A stretch of 59,121 bases of DNA from Euryarchaeota archaeon UBA346 (GTDB lineage Archaea > Thermoplasmatota > E2 > DHVEG-1): NCBI GenBank assembly GCA_002496355.1, contig DAJP01000050.1:1810-60930 (forward strand), read 5' to 3'. Made by a program: the position numbers and the translations under genes. Positions within the stretch are counted from its first letter, which is position 1. Each line of letters starts with the position of its first letter. The notes below the pieces were generated by a model that did not search any database, had not been told where the DNA came from, and worked only from the letters and a program-made list of their open reading frames with translations. This document shows, one piece after another, positions 40,368-53,183 of the stretch.

Positions 40368-40571
40368 TTACCTGTTTTTACTTTGAGACATCTGAATGAA
40401 ATTCTCTCTGCTGCGGTCATAGGTCCGTTCAACAGTATCGGAAAAGAAACATGCGGGCAGTTCGTCTCTATTTCGATGATAGTTGAGACAGTCACAACAT
40501 ATCCCCTTCCTACTGCAAGGATAGCTACAATTGCATACGTTTTTGTTTTTTTGTACTTTGCATTCAGTCAT
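40368..40571 (-). CDS. Small Cys-rich protein (DUF6485-like)
   Basis: [20 protein letters not shown]...LPACFF...YDRS. Confidence 0.72.
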   Translation of the reverse strand: MTECKVQKNKNVCNCSYPCSRKGICCDCLNYHRNRDELPACFFSDTVERTYDRSRENFIQMSQSKNR

Positions 40572-40573
40572 AG

Positions 40574-44279
<3,706 letters not shown>

Positions 44280-44295
44280 AGCACCTCATCTCTGT

Positions 44296-44955
44296 TCATT
44301 GAAGATGGACGATTATTTCAACGGCATCGCCATCATGCAACCCTAGCGTCTGACGTAAGTTATCCGGGGAGATACATTCTAGGATTGTCGCATAATGGCT
44401 CCGTTTCGGTAGCACGATCGCCCCTTTCCTTCCACTGATGGTCGCTTTAAAGCAGATCACACCACCGAATGTTCGATTCTCCGCCTGGAACTCCTCTATT
44501 TCGATGCCGCCATAGCTGCGCAGCAAACGTATCTTGTTTCGTTCAATGTATTCGATCTCCACATTCAAGGTTCCCGGGTAGGCGACAAATCCGAGTCGTT
44601 TCTCAAACTGATCCGCGTACCCTTTGTGCCCCGTGTAATATTTTCCCTCACCCATCCCGGACACCAGCTTGCCTTTGAAGACGACTTTGTTCGTCAAATC
44701 AAAGATCTGTTTATACGAAAGGTATTCGGCTTCCAATGCTTCTGACCCATGGCCTGTAATCTGAATCAACTGTTTTTTCACCCCAAGCTCCCGGGTGATC
44801 ATCTCCTGCGTGTCTAATTCAAGGAGGTACCGCGAAGCGGTCTGCTGGCTGGTCTGTAACTGATCTGCCAGCTCATGGGAGGATAACTCTATCTTGTTAT
44901 GGACTGCCCCAAGCAACGCAAGTTCCTTGAGAGTCTGCATCAAATAGGGTTTCAA
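44296..44955 (-). CDS. ribK: Archaeal CTP-dependent riboflavin kinase with N-terminal HTH
   Basis: SQQTASR HTH, SGMGEGKYY, YPGTLN, LRQTLGLHDGD. True start near TTG 44955 or ATG 44940. Confidence 0.9.
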   Translation of the reverse strand: MKPYLMQTLKELALLGAVHNKIELSSHELADQLQTSQQTASRYLLELDTQEMITRELGVKKQLIQITGHGSEALEAEYLSYKQIFDLTNKVVFKGKLVSGMGEGKYYTGHKGYADQFEKRLGFVAYPGTLNVEIEYIERNKIRLLRSYGGIEIEEFQAENRTFGGVICFKATISGRKGAIVLPKRSHYATILECISPDNLRQTLGLHDGDAVEIIVHLQ

Positions 44956-44980
44956 CGGGTTTTTTTCTGTCCCCGGTCGT

Positions 44981-45208
44981 TTATTTTCCGATTGTTTCAA
45001 CAAGTTTTTTCCCTTCATCCGTAAAAACGTATGTGTTCCCTTTCTTCTCAACAATACCTCCGGTGATAAACTCATCGATGATGCGTTGAGCCACTCGGGG
45101 AATGATACGATTTTTTTTGGCAATGCGGGAAAGATTGGTTTCCCCTGCGACGAGCTCATCAAAGATTACTCGTCTGAACTTATTTGCAAGTATGAATCCT
45201 TCATCCAT
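44981..45208 (-). CDS. Small winged-helix DNA-binding protein
   Basis: 75 aa, RRVIFDEL...GIVEK...YVFTDEGKKL. Confidence 0.72.
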   Translation of the reverse strand: MDEGFILANKFRRVIFDELVAGETNLSRIAKKNRIIPRVAQRIIDEFITGGIVEKKGNTYVFTDEGKKLVETIGK

Positions 45209-45258
45209 TCGTATCCAACAGCTTAATTTAGAGGTATCACATAAACCTTTTCAAACTT

Positions 45259-46218
45259 ATGTTTAGAAACATCCCACCAATACTCAATGCAAAACAGCTC
45301 TTAGACCAGTCGATTCGTCGAACAAAAAAAATCCAGATTCATGATCGCGATAAACGTTATGAAATAAAAAAAATTGTGATCGCACGCACTGAAGCATTCA
45401 TTAACGATCTTCTCGTCCACCTAGAGTCTTATGTGAAAAACTTTCCATCGTTAGATAGATTGCCCTTGTTTTATCAGGAGATCATAGACATTAAGATTGA
45501 TACAAATAAACTGAAGAAATCATTAGGTGCGATTGACTGGGCTCGAAAAACAGTAGAAATGGTCTACCAGACACAGAGCAGTTCTTTGACCAAATCAGGC
45601 AATGTCGAGTTCCTGAAACAAAAACAAAAAGAAATCTATGGTCGTGTATCATCTATCGTTAAGCAAGTAGATAAAAATCTTGTTTTCCTCGCCAATGCAC
45701 AAAAAATCTTACGAGCATTTCCCGATATTGAGGATGTCCCAACAGTGGTGATCGCTGGGTATCCTAACGTGGGAAAATCTTCACTCATCAGACAACTCTC
45801 CGCTGCAAAACCCGAGGTTGCACAATACCCGTTTACGACAAAACAAATTTTCGTCGGCCATATGGAAAAAAAGATACGATATGAAAAAAAACGATATCAG
45901 ATTATTGACACCCCCGGTCTGCTGGACCGTCCTCTTTCAGAGCGGAATAATATCGAGCGACAGGCGATAGCCGCATTACGTCATCTTGCTGACCTTGTCG
46001 TTTTTATCTTCGACCCGTCGGAGACCAGTGGATATCAGATGACTGAGCAGCAGCTTATGCTTGTAAACATCCAGAAGCTGTTCAACGATATCCCCTTCCT
46101 CATCGTCGAAAACAAAGTCGACATAAAAGACACTGGTTCAGCCAATCGGAAGATATCCTGTATGACTGGAGCGGGAATTGAGGAACTGCGAAAAGAAATC
46201 TTCTCCCTTCTTAATTAA
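45259..46218 (+). CDS. NOG1-family GTPase
   Basis: GYPNVGKSS, YPFTT, DTPGLLDR, NKVD. Confidence 0.92.
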   Translation: MFRNIPPILNAKQLLDQSIRRTKKIQIHDRDKRYEIKKIVIARTEAFINDLLVHLESYVKNFPSLDRLPLFYQEIIDIKIDTNKLKKSLGAIDWARKTVEMVYQTQSSSLTKSGNVEFLKQKQKEIYGRVSSIVKQVDKNLVFLANAQKILRAFPDIEDVPTVVIAGYPNVGKSSLIRQLSAAKPEVAQYPFTTKQIFVGHMEKKIRYEKKRYQIIDTPGLLDRPLSERNNIERQAIAALRHLADLVVFIFDPSETSGYQMTEQQLMLVNIQKLFNDIPFLIVENKVDIKDTGSANRKISCMTGAGIEELRKEIFSLLN

Positions 46219-46439
46219 AAGGATTCTTTCGTAGGTGCATATCCTTGTACATGTTCATCTGCGAAAAATGCTCATAAAAAGACCATGTGATATCCTTTCC
46301 AACGACAATTAGGAAAGGAAGATCTTAGATTTTTTATACCCTCTTTTCCCCCCTCTATTCTTCCTTCCTATTGTTAGTTTTTTAAAAAAATTTTCTCATG
46401 AACATCGAAAAGACAAATTTAAAAGAATTATTATGATGG

Positions 46440-46775
46440 TTATCGTCGGGTCTTCATGGTCTGGATGATTTCCTTACCAAAATCAGTGACTCCGTAGAGC
46501 CGAACGTTCTTCCCACCGGATCGCTCTTCGACCATATTCAAACCAATGAGACTTTCTTCCTCACGATACCGTGTTTCGATCCCGCGTAACGCCCCAATGA
46601 CATTTGAAGACGTCGCACCAATACTATACGCAATTTCAGAGGTATAACTGCAGTTCGGGCTGATCTCAACAAGGTATTCTGTCACTTTGCGTCGAATGTT
46701 GCTGCGTCGAAGTGCCCGTATCGCAACCGATCGTTTAATCTCGATAGAGCGGTCTATCGTTGTTTGTTCTAGCAT
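46440..46775 (-). CDS. EarA-like archaeal wHTH transcriptional regulator
   Basis: LRRSNIRRKV..YL...YTSEIA....SNVIGALRG...RY....SLIGL..VE...Y.VTDFG, resembling the EarA family. Confidence 0.7.
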   Translation of the reverse strand: MLEQTTIDRSIEIKRSVAIRALRRSNIRRKVTEYLVEISPNCSYTSEIAYSIGATSSNVIGALRGIETRYREEESLIGLNMVEERSGGKNVRLYGVTDFGKEIIQTMKTRR

Positions 46776-47049
46776 CCCATCGTACCCACTAAAAAAACGA
46801 ATAGGACCTCTTTTAATAAAGTATTCGCTACCGGATACCTCGCTACATATGCACTTGCACTACTGCTTGCATCATCACCTCAGCATCCCGGTATTTATGC
46901 AGGTGCTCGGTAATGGAAAAAAATAACGACTGTTTCAGGTGGACTTTCTTCGGGAGAAAAACAAATGATTTTCTTCATTGGATAAAATCAAAAAAAACCT
47001 CTCGCAAATGAAATAATGTCGTATTTATAGGAGATGCACGATTATAATC

Positions 47050-47154
47050 ATGAATAAGAAATCAAATCAAAAAAAATATGTCTGTTTCATCATAAGTACC
47101 ATATTAATAATAACAATCCTCTCAGAGATGGCCCAGAGCCGTAAGAGCTGTTGA
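47050..47154 (+). pseudogene. 34-aa signal-peptide-only ORF (possible remnant of a secreted-protein gene)
   Basis: MNKKSNQKKYVCFIISTILIITILSEMAQSRKSC*: basic n-region plus hydrophobic h-region, then stop. Confidence 0.35.
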
Positions 47155-47223
47155 AACAAAAAATACCGGTGTCTCACAAACATTTAAATAAGTAAGGAGA
47201 ATTAATTTTGATATAGGGGAATC

Positions 47224-48798
47224 ATGTTGATCCGGAACGGATTCGCAATCGGTATTATCCTACTGTATATTATTTCCACGGTCACTCCGATAATCGCAGA
47301 AAAACAAGGTACTGGAGCATTTCCAAACGTCCCCGCTCTCAATACATACGAAAATAGCGCAACAGAACCAGGTCTCATTCTTTATACTCCTATGCTATCG
47401 ACAAATACCTATCTTGTAAACCGAGATGGGACCGTGCTTACTAATTGGCAGAGCAATTATTTCCCAGGATTGTCCGCGTATCTTCTCCCGAATGGAAACC
47501 TTCTCAGACCAAAGAGACTGAATTTCGAACCAGGCGCCAGCGGTGGGATACAAGAATTCTCCCCGGATGGTACCCTCATCTGGGATTACACGTACTATTC
47601 CTATGGAGAATACATGACACATCATGATGTCAAACCCTTACCAAACGGAAACGTACTAGCTTTATCCCATATTTCTCTGTCTTATTCAGAGCTTGTGACA
47701 TTCGGGCGGAACCCCAGTAACGTTCTTCCTGGAGGAATGAAACTAGAAAAAATACTAGAAATCAAACCAACTGGACCTACAAGCGGTGATATCGTCTGGG
47801 AGTGGTGTTCAGCAGATCATCTCATACAAGATTTTGATCCGACCAAATTAAACTACGGGGTAGTCGGAGACCATCCTGAGTTAATCGATATTAATTACTA
47901 TGACGGGTTAGACGAGGACCTCTTCCATTGTAACTCCATTGACTACAATCAGGAACTCGACAAAATCCTAATCAGTTGCAGGAACTTCAATGAACTATGG
48001 ATCATCAACCATTCCACGGGAGATCTCATCTATCGATGGGGAAACCCAGAAACATACCGTGCAGACGGGGAACAAGAGCTGTTCTGGCAGCATGATGCGA
48101 CCTGGATAAAACCTGATTATCCTGGTGCGGGTCATTTATTGGTCTTCAATAACGGGGTCGGTAGAGGGTTTTCGTCTGTCGATGAAATAGACACCTCGGT
48201 AGGAACTATCGTTTGGAGTTATACACATCAAAATTTCCTGTCAGCCATGTACTGTGGAGCAGCTCGACTCCAATCAGGAAACACTCTCATTTGTGATAGC
48301 GATTATGGCACTTTCTTTGAAGTAACCCCTGATGGAACAACCGTCTGGCAATACCAGGCCCAAGATTACAATGGAAAAGTCTTCAAAATTGATTACATAC
48401 TACCAAATGAAAATCAAGTCGATTGCATCGGTTCTCTATCATGGAATGATATTGAACCGAATTCTACCGTCACTGGTTCTTTCATCATACGCAATAAAGG
48501 ACAAACACCACTCGTATGGAATATCTCAGAATACCCTGAATGGGGAACCTGGGGGTTTAGTGCCTCCGGTGGTATCGTTGGAGAAGAAGTCAACATAACC
48601 GTTACCGTGGTCGTTCCAACCCAGGAGGACGCTGAATTTGAAGGTTTCATAAAAGTGATAAGCCACGACAACCAAGAGGATTATGATATCGTTCCAATTT
48701 ATTTACAAACACCACTGAAAATACAAAGTGAACCATCTACCGTGGTTATTAAATCACACATCCCTTACTTTATTTTGAGAAATAAGATCTGCCGATAA
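47224..48798 (+). CDS. Secreted aryl-sulfate sulfotransferase (ASST)-like beta-propeller with C-terminal Ig-like domain
   Basis: Signal peptide. HHD, FHCNSIDY, SCRN and QHDA motifs match ASST catalytic His/Arg positions. Confidence 0.82.
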   Translation: MLIRNGFAIGIILLYIISTVTPIIAEKQGTGAFPNVPALNTYENSATEPGLILYTPMLSTNTYLVNRDGTVLTNWQSNYFPGLSAYLLPNGNLLRPKRLNFEPGASGGIQEFSPDGTLIWDYTYYSYGEYMTHHDVKPLPNGNVLALSHISLSYSELVTFGRNPSNVLPGGMKLEKILEIKPTGPTSGDIVWEWCSADHLIQDFDPTKLNYGVVGDHPELIDINYYDGLDEDLFHCNSIDYNQELDKILISCRNFNELWIINHSTGDLIYRWGNPETYRADGEQELFWQHDATWIKPDYPGAGHLLVFNNGVGRGFSSVDEIDTSVGTIVWSYTHQNFLSAMYCGAARLQSGNTLICDSDYGTFFEVTPDGTTVWQYQAQDYNGKVFKIDYILPNENQVDCIGSLSWNDIEPNSTVTGSFIIRNKGQTPLVWNISEYPEWGTWGFSASGGIVGEEVNITVTVVVPTQEDAEFEGFIKVISHDNQEDYDIVPIYLQTPLKIQSEPSTVVIKSHIPYFILRNKICR

Positions 48799-48827
48799 CT
48801 ATTCAAACCAGCCATACTGATGGTGAG

Positions 48828-48900
48828 TGCGGGCGCCGGGATTTGAACCCGAGTTTTAAGCTTGGCAAGCTTAAGTGATACCAGACTACACTACACCCGC
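48828..48900 (-). tRNA. tRNA-Gly(GCC), intronless, CCA not encoded
   Basis: Reverse complement folds as a cloverleaf: acceptor GCGGGTG/CGCCCGC, anticodon arm TAAGC-TTGCCAA-GCTTA, T-loop TTCAAAT. Confidence 0.95.
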
Positions 48901-49041
48901 GTATCCTGATAGTCGAGACACAGAAGCAATCATCCCTTAAAAAGTATTACGCTGGATTACCCATCATTACAATCCCCATTTTTTCCAGCATAATCTATAA
49001 ATATTGGAGAAACTATATAATTACTGTTGGTGAATGGAATA

Positions 49042-50082
49042 ATGGCACCTAGGAAACGAATGATCAGTGTTCTTTCGGTTGTTCTCTTCTGTACGATTTT
49101 ATCATCCCTATCCGCAAACGGGTCTCTTTTGACACTTCACCATCAGACGTCATCCATTGATGACATCACCTTACATGATGACGCGTTCCATGGCCGAGGC
49201 AATCTTCCATTCATTGAATGGTGGTATTTTGATGCAAAACTTGACAACGGTTACTCACTTGTTCTTGGTGTACAAGTCCTCAATATCTTTGCAAGGGGGA
49301 TTGTCACCACCAGACTCACCCTGTATGATAAAGAATCAGTCTTACTCAAAAACTATGAGAAATATTTTCTCAGGGATTTATCTGCTTCCTCTGACATCCC
49401 CTCGGTGTACATCGAAGGTAACCAAGTCATTCTTGGTTCTTATGATGCTGTAAATGATCGCTTTGTCTATAACGTAAACATACAGAACCCAGAAAGTTCC
49501 GTTTCTTTACAATTTGTTGGATGTACAAAAGGCTGGAAACGACAGCAGCAAACAGGCGACTGGTGGGCGGTAATCCTCCCCCGAGCAAACGTGACCGGGA
49601 CTATCACCATTAATAACACAACCATGAATGTAAATGGAACCGGGTATCATGATCACAACTGGGGGATCGGTGCAAGGGTCGCCATGCATTTCGGATGGTT
49701 CTGGGGAACCTGCAGCTCAACGAACTACACGGTCACCTGGGCTGAGATACAAACAACACGGTTGACACAGATTCCAATAATGGTCCTGAACACAAAAAAT
49801 GGTGGTTATCTTGAAATACCCTCAGACACCATATGGTTCTCAACAGAAAATATCTCCTTTGATCATTTCAGACGCGTCCCCTGGTTCTTCAGCATAGAGA
49901 CGGTCACCGAGCATGTTTTCCTGATCATCGATATGGAGGTCATCAGCGTCGATCATACCGATATGTTCGGATTCATCAAATACTGGCGGTACCATGTCCG
50001 ATGCTCAGGGACAATCGTCGTCGATGGTCATATGGAGACCGTGGATGGGATCTCCATCATGGAGTATCTGAGGTTCCGATAG
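49042..50082 (+). CDS. Secreted AttH/CrtC/tocopherol-cyclase-like (lipocalin-like) protein
   Basis: Signal peptide, EWWYFDA and GTGYHDHNWG motifs, W.WG, terminal G..IMEY. Confidence 0.75.
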   Translation: MAPRKRMISVLSVVLFCTILSSLSANGSLLTLHHQTSSIDDITLHDDAFHGRGNLPFIEWWYFDAKLDNGYSLVLGVQVLNIFARGIVTTRLTLYDKESVLLKNYEKYFLRDLSASSDIPSVYIEGNQVILGSYDAVNDRFVYNVNIQNPESSVSLQFVGCTKGWKRQQQTGDWWAVILPRANVTGTITINNTTMNVNGTGYHDHNWGIGARVAMHFGWFWGTCSSTNYTVTWAEIQTTRLTQIPIMVLNTKNGGYLEIPSDTIWFSTENISFDHFRRVPWFFSIETVTEHVFLIIDMEVISVDHTDMFGFIKYWRYHVRCSGTIVVDGHMETVDGISIMEYLRFR

Positions 50083-51409
50083 CAGCGACTGCGGATTGTT
50101 TCATCATCCGTTTCAGAGGTTTACTGAGATGTCGACGGGCGCAGATAGGGACTTCATAGAAACCCGGTGTGATCGAACGTTTTTTTTCCTGCAGGACTGG
50201 CTCTGAACTACTCGTCCCACAATTTCTACATTTGTAGCCTTGATTGGTCCCTTTTGATTTCATATGTTTGCCGCAAGTCGGACACACTGGATTTTCTACC
50301 TTTATGGTCAATGGCACGAGTTGTTTGACATTGATTTTTTCAAGATTGATAGTGAGCGGATGCTCACGGACGCCTCCATAGGCTTCTACAATGTCTCCCT
50401 CGGAAAGCTTTCGAATACTCTTTCGGAATCCTTTTGTTGGTTCATATGCAGCACAATCGATTATCCCGGTTCTATCCTGGATCCTGAAGAGGACATGACC
50501 GCCTTGAATCGTGAACGGAGGTTCAACAACGGTTCCCTGGACGATGACGGATTCATATGGTTTAATCTGATCGATGGATTTTCTCTGCAGATGATCATCG
50601 GTCCCTTGATTCGTCACAAACACCAGCCAACTCTCAATCGGCTCAGATTTCACCTGTTCTGATGCCATCACCAGCTCGTCTGGACTATCCCCTCGTATCC
50701 CATAGAGGATCGGGCAGGGTGACGCTGGGACGATACGATTATGATGATTCTCAATATCATAGTTATCAAACGTGTTTGGGTATTTCGCATCCATGTGTTG
50801 GACAGAACGTGCATCAACATGTCGCTTCGTACCCCATCGTTGTCGCGGCCGATACGTGATCAACTCATAGGTCCAATCCCCGGGTTCCCAGCAGATCGCC
50901 GCGGTCGCCCCAATCAAGCCGCGCTTGTTTTTGTATCCTTCATAGACCGCGCGATGTTTGTGTAGAAGGTTGATGACCTCATCAAGATTTACGACCGTTG
51001 TCACCACTTTCCAATAAAAATCAAGTGGTGGCTTTTCTTGAAGAAGAACATACCCTGGATTTGTGTTCTCATCATCAACCCGGGCTTGTGTTTCAACGGT
51101 CTCCTTCACAATCCTAGCAAGATTCTCCTGCTGACTTTCTGAAAGCTCCAATGACCGATCAGGGGAACAGGATATCTCTTGACCATCAATCATTCCGATT
51201 TTCTGTCTTTTGTTCCCACGGGTTTTCCCAACCTGAAGACACAATGCTCCATTCCCCCGGGTCTTCCAAGGGACATTGGGGTTCAAACGAACAAGCCGTG
51301 GATAACCGATGATCGCATAGTCATCCATGATCTTCTCAATGATAGTCCGTGCTACATACGTGGTGCACCCACCATTCACTGAGTCTGTGTCGTCAATACC
51401 TATCCAGAT
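50057..51409 (-). CDS. tiaS: tRNA(Ile2) agmatinylcytidine synthase (non-canonical start, probably ATC)
   Basis: WIGIDDTDS..GGCTT upstream of the listed GTG. RLNPNVPWKTRGNG, TNQGTDDH, Zn ribbon, ARRHLSKP. Confidence 0.95.
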   Translation of the reverse strand: MWIGIDDTDSVNGGCTTYVARTIIEKIMDDYAIIGYPRLVRLNPNVPWKTRGNGALCLQVGKTRGNKRQKIGMIDGQEISCSPDRSLELSESQQENLARIVKETVETQARVDDENTNPGYVLLQEKPPLDFYWKVVTTVVNLDEVINLLHKHRAVYEGYKNKRGLIGATAAICWEPGDWTYELITYRPRQRWGTKRHVDARSVQHMDAKYPNTFDNYDIENHHNRIVPASPCPILYGIRGDSPDELVMASEQVKSEPIESWLVFVTNQGTDDHLQRKSIDQIKPYESVIVQGTVVEPPFTIQGGHVLFRIQDRTGIIDCAAYEPTKGFRKSIRKLSEGDIVEAYGGVREHPLTINLEKINVKQLVPLTIKVENPVCPTCGKHMKSKGTNQGYKCRNCGTSSSEPVLQEKKRSITPGFYEVPICARRHLSKPLKRMMKQSAVAAIGTSDTP

Positions 51410-51462
51410 GAATATTCACCAAAAACGTTATTAGAGAGGTCGTACTTTAAGCTTCATTACCT

Positions 51463-52422
51463 ATGGATAGAACCGACTTACTCACAAACATCAGAGAGTT
51501 TTTAGGGGACGCGGGTTTTTCCGTCTCTGACCCATGTACGTTACGTCTCCCAGGTTTCGACCTCGTGGCTCGACGAGGGGAAACCCTGCTCATTCTTAAA
51601 GTACTGTCAAACATCGATGGTCTCTCAGAGGATGTTGCCCAAGAACTCCGAGCGGTAGCGTATCTGCTCAAAGCAACTCCCTTGCTCATCGGTGAAAAGA
51701 ACGGGGTAAACAACCTTGAGGATGATGTGGTGTATTTCCGGTTTGGCATCCAGACAGTCACGACAGCTACATTGCAGAACCATCTACTTGAGGAAATCCC
51801 GGTACGTGCCTATGCAGCCCCCGGTGGGTTATACGTCAACCTTGACCAGGAAAAAATACGACGATTACGCCAGGAGAAAAACATCTCGCTGGGTAACTTT
51901 GCGCGTCATGTTCGCGTCTCAAGACGCACCGTCCGGATGTATGAGGATGGTATGAGCGCACGCATCGACATCGCGGACCGCATCGAAGAGATGTTTGAAC
52001 AGGCCGTGACAACACCAATTGACCTGCTCAAGCCGTTGCTCATGGAAACCAAACAATTACCGTTCTACAAAAAAAACCAGGGGGACGCCAAAGAACTCCA
52101 ATCCGAGATATTCACCCTGCTTCAGAACATCGGCTATCGCGTCATCCCCATGGATCGCTGCCCCTTTGAAGCTCTGAGCAAAGAAAAGGAAAAAATCCTT
52201 CTTACCTGTGTACAACAATACAATAAGAAACTCGCAGAAAAAGCCCATTTCATCAGCAGTATCGCAAAGATCACTGAGAAACATGCCGTGGTCTTTACTG
52301 ATAAGGATATCGAGAAAAAGAACCTTGAAGGAACCCCGATTATCGGGAAAAAAGAACTACGGAAAATCCGTGATCCTGAGGATGTCTTTACATTAATTCT
52401 CGAGAGAATCACCTCTGATTGA
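51463..52422 (+). CDS. Archaeal HTH-type transcriptional regulator (nuclease-like domain plus Cro/C1 HTH)
   Basis: FDLVARR, KVLSNID, APGGLYV, VSRRTVRMYE. Divergent from tiaS. Confidence 0.85.
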   Translation: MDRTDLLTNIREFLGDAGFSVSDPCTLRLPGFDLVARRGETLLILKVLSNIDGLSEDVAQELRAVAYLLKATPLLIGEKNGVNNLEDDVVYFRFGIQTVTTATLQNHLLEEIPVRAYAAPGGLYVNLDQEKIRRLRQEKNISLGNFARHVRVSRRTVRMYEDGMSARIDIADRIEEMFEQAVTTPIDLLKPLLMETKQLPFYKKNQGDAKELQSEIFTLLQNIGYRVIPMDRCPFEALSKEKEKILLTCVQQYNKKLAEKAHFISSIAKITEKHAVVFTDKDIEKKNLEGTPIIGKKELRKIRDPEDVFTLILERITSD

Positions 52423-52440
52423 CTATTATTACTATGACAC

Positions 52441-52456
52441 AAACTTTTATAAATAA
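52441..52456 (+). promoter_or_regulatory. Putative BRE/TATA promoter of the rpl1-rpl10-rpl12 operon
   Basis: AAACTTTTATAAATAA about 70-85 nt upstream of the rpl1 start. Confidence 0.45.
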
Positions 52457-52526
52457 GATTCTTATTCCCGAGAACTACGTTACCCTCTGGAGTAACAAAT
52501 AACCCTTAGAGCGTCGATGATGAATC

Positions 52527-53171
52527 ATGGCAGACAGTAAAACTGTAGAAGCAGTTCAAAAAGCAATTGAGGAATCAAAAAAACTCGAGCGGAAATTCAA
52601 ACAATCGGTAGACGTCGTCATAAACCTAAAAAACATCGATATGAACGATGCGAAGAACCGTGTCGAAGATGAAGTGATGCTTCCCCATGGCAGGGGAACC
52701 GAAGCGAAAATTGCTCTCTTTGCCAGTGGGGATCTTGCGCTCAAATCAAAATCTCATGTTGACTTATTAATAAAACCTGAGGAAATCGAGGAACTCGCCA
52801 AAGATAAGAAAAAATTCAAAAAGATCGCAGACGAGTATGATTTCTTCATCGCCGAGGCACCCTTGATGCCCACGATTGGTAAAACACTCGGTATCATCCT
52901 TGGTCCTCGAGGAAAAATGCCAAAACCCGTGCCACCAACCATCGATATCACCAGTATTGCGAAGAACCTACGGAAAACCGTGAAGGTTCGATCAAAGACT
53001 ACAAAAACCATCCATGCAACGGTCGGCAGAGAAGAGATGAGCACGGAACAGATTGCAGAGAACATTGACGCTATCTTGAAACGACTTGAAGGAAAACTTG
53101 AACGCGGAAAATTGAATATCGGCTCGGTGTACGTGAAAACAAGCATGGGGCCACCAATGCGAATAGGTTAA
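52527..53171 (+). CDS. rpl1: 50S ribosomal protein uL1
   Basis: RKFKQSVD, LPHGRG, LGPRGKMP, VKTSMGP. Confidence 0.97.
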   Translation: MADSKTVEAVQKAIEESKKLERKFKQSVDVVINLKNIDMNDAKNRVEDEVMLPHGRGTEAKIALFASGDLALKSKSHVDLLIKPEEIEELAKDKKKFKKIADEYDFFIAEAPLMPTIGKTLGIILGPRGKMPKPVPPTIDITSIAKNLRKTVKVRSKTTKTIHATVGREEMSTEQIAENIDAILKRLEGKLERGKLNIGSVYVKTSMGPPMRIG

Positions 53172-53183
53172 AGGTGTTAGGTT

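Noticed and set aside
44956..45162. Long N-terminal extension of the riboflavin kinase ORF
   Set aside because: It overlaps the better-supported 44981..45208 wHTH gene in another frame; RibK homology starts near 44955.
46219..48900. Possible integrated element at the tRNA-Gly 3' end
   Set aside because: No integrase is present, and I noticed no duplicated tRNA 3' segment (att site) in the window.
51416..51418. TGA read-through (selenocysteine or recoding) upstream of tiaS
   Set aside because: The TGA is part of the SD sequence and lies outside the homologous region; TGA acts as a normal stop in other genes here.
52460..52526. Possible uL1 autoregulatory leader RNA
   Set aside because: Only short weak stems (GTTAC/GTAAC, CTCT/AGAG) are visible; I could not match the L1-binding motif convincingly by eye.
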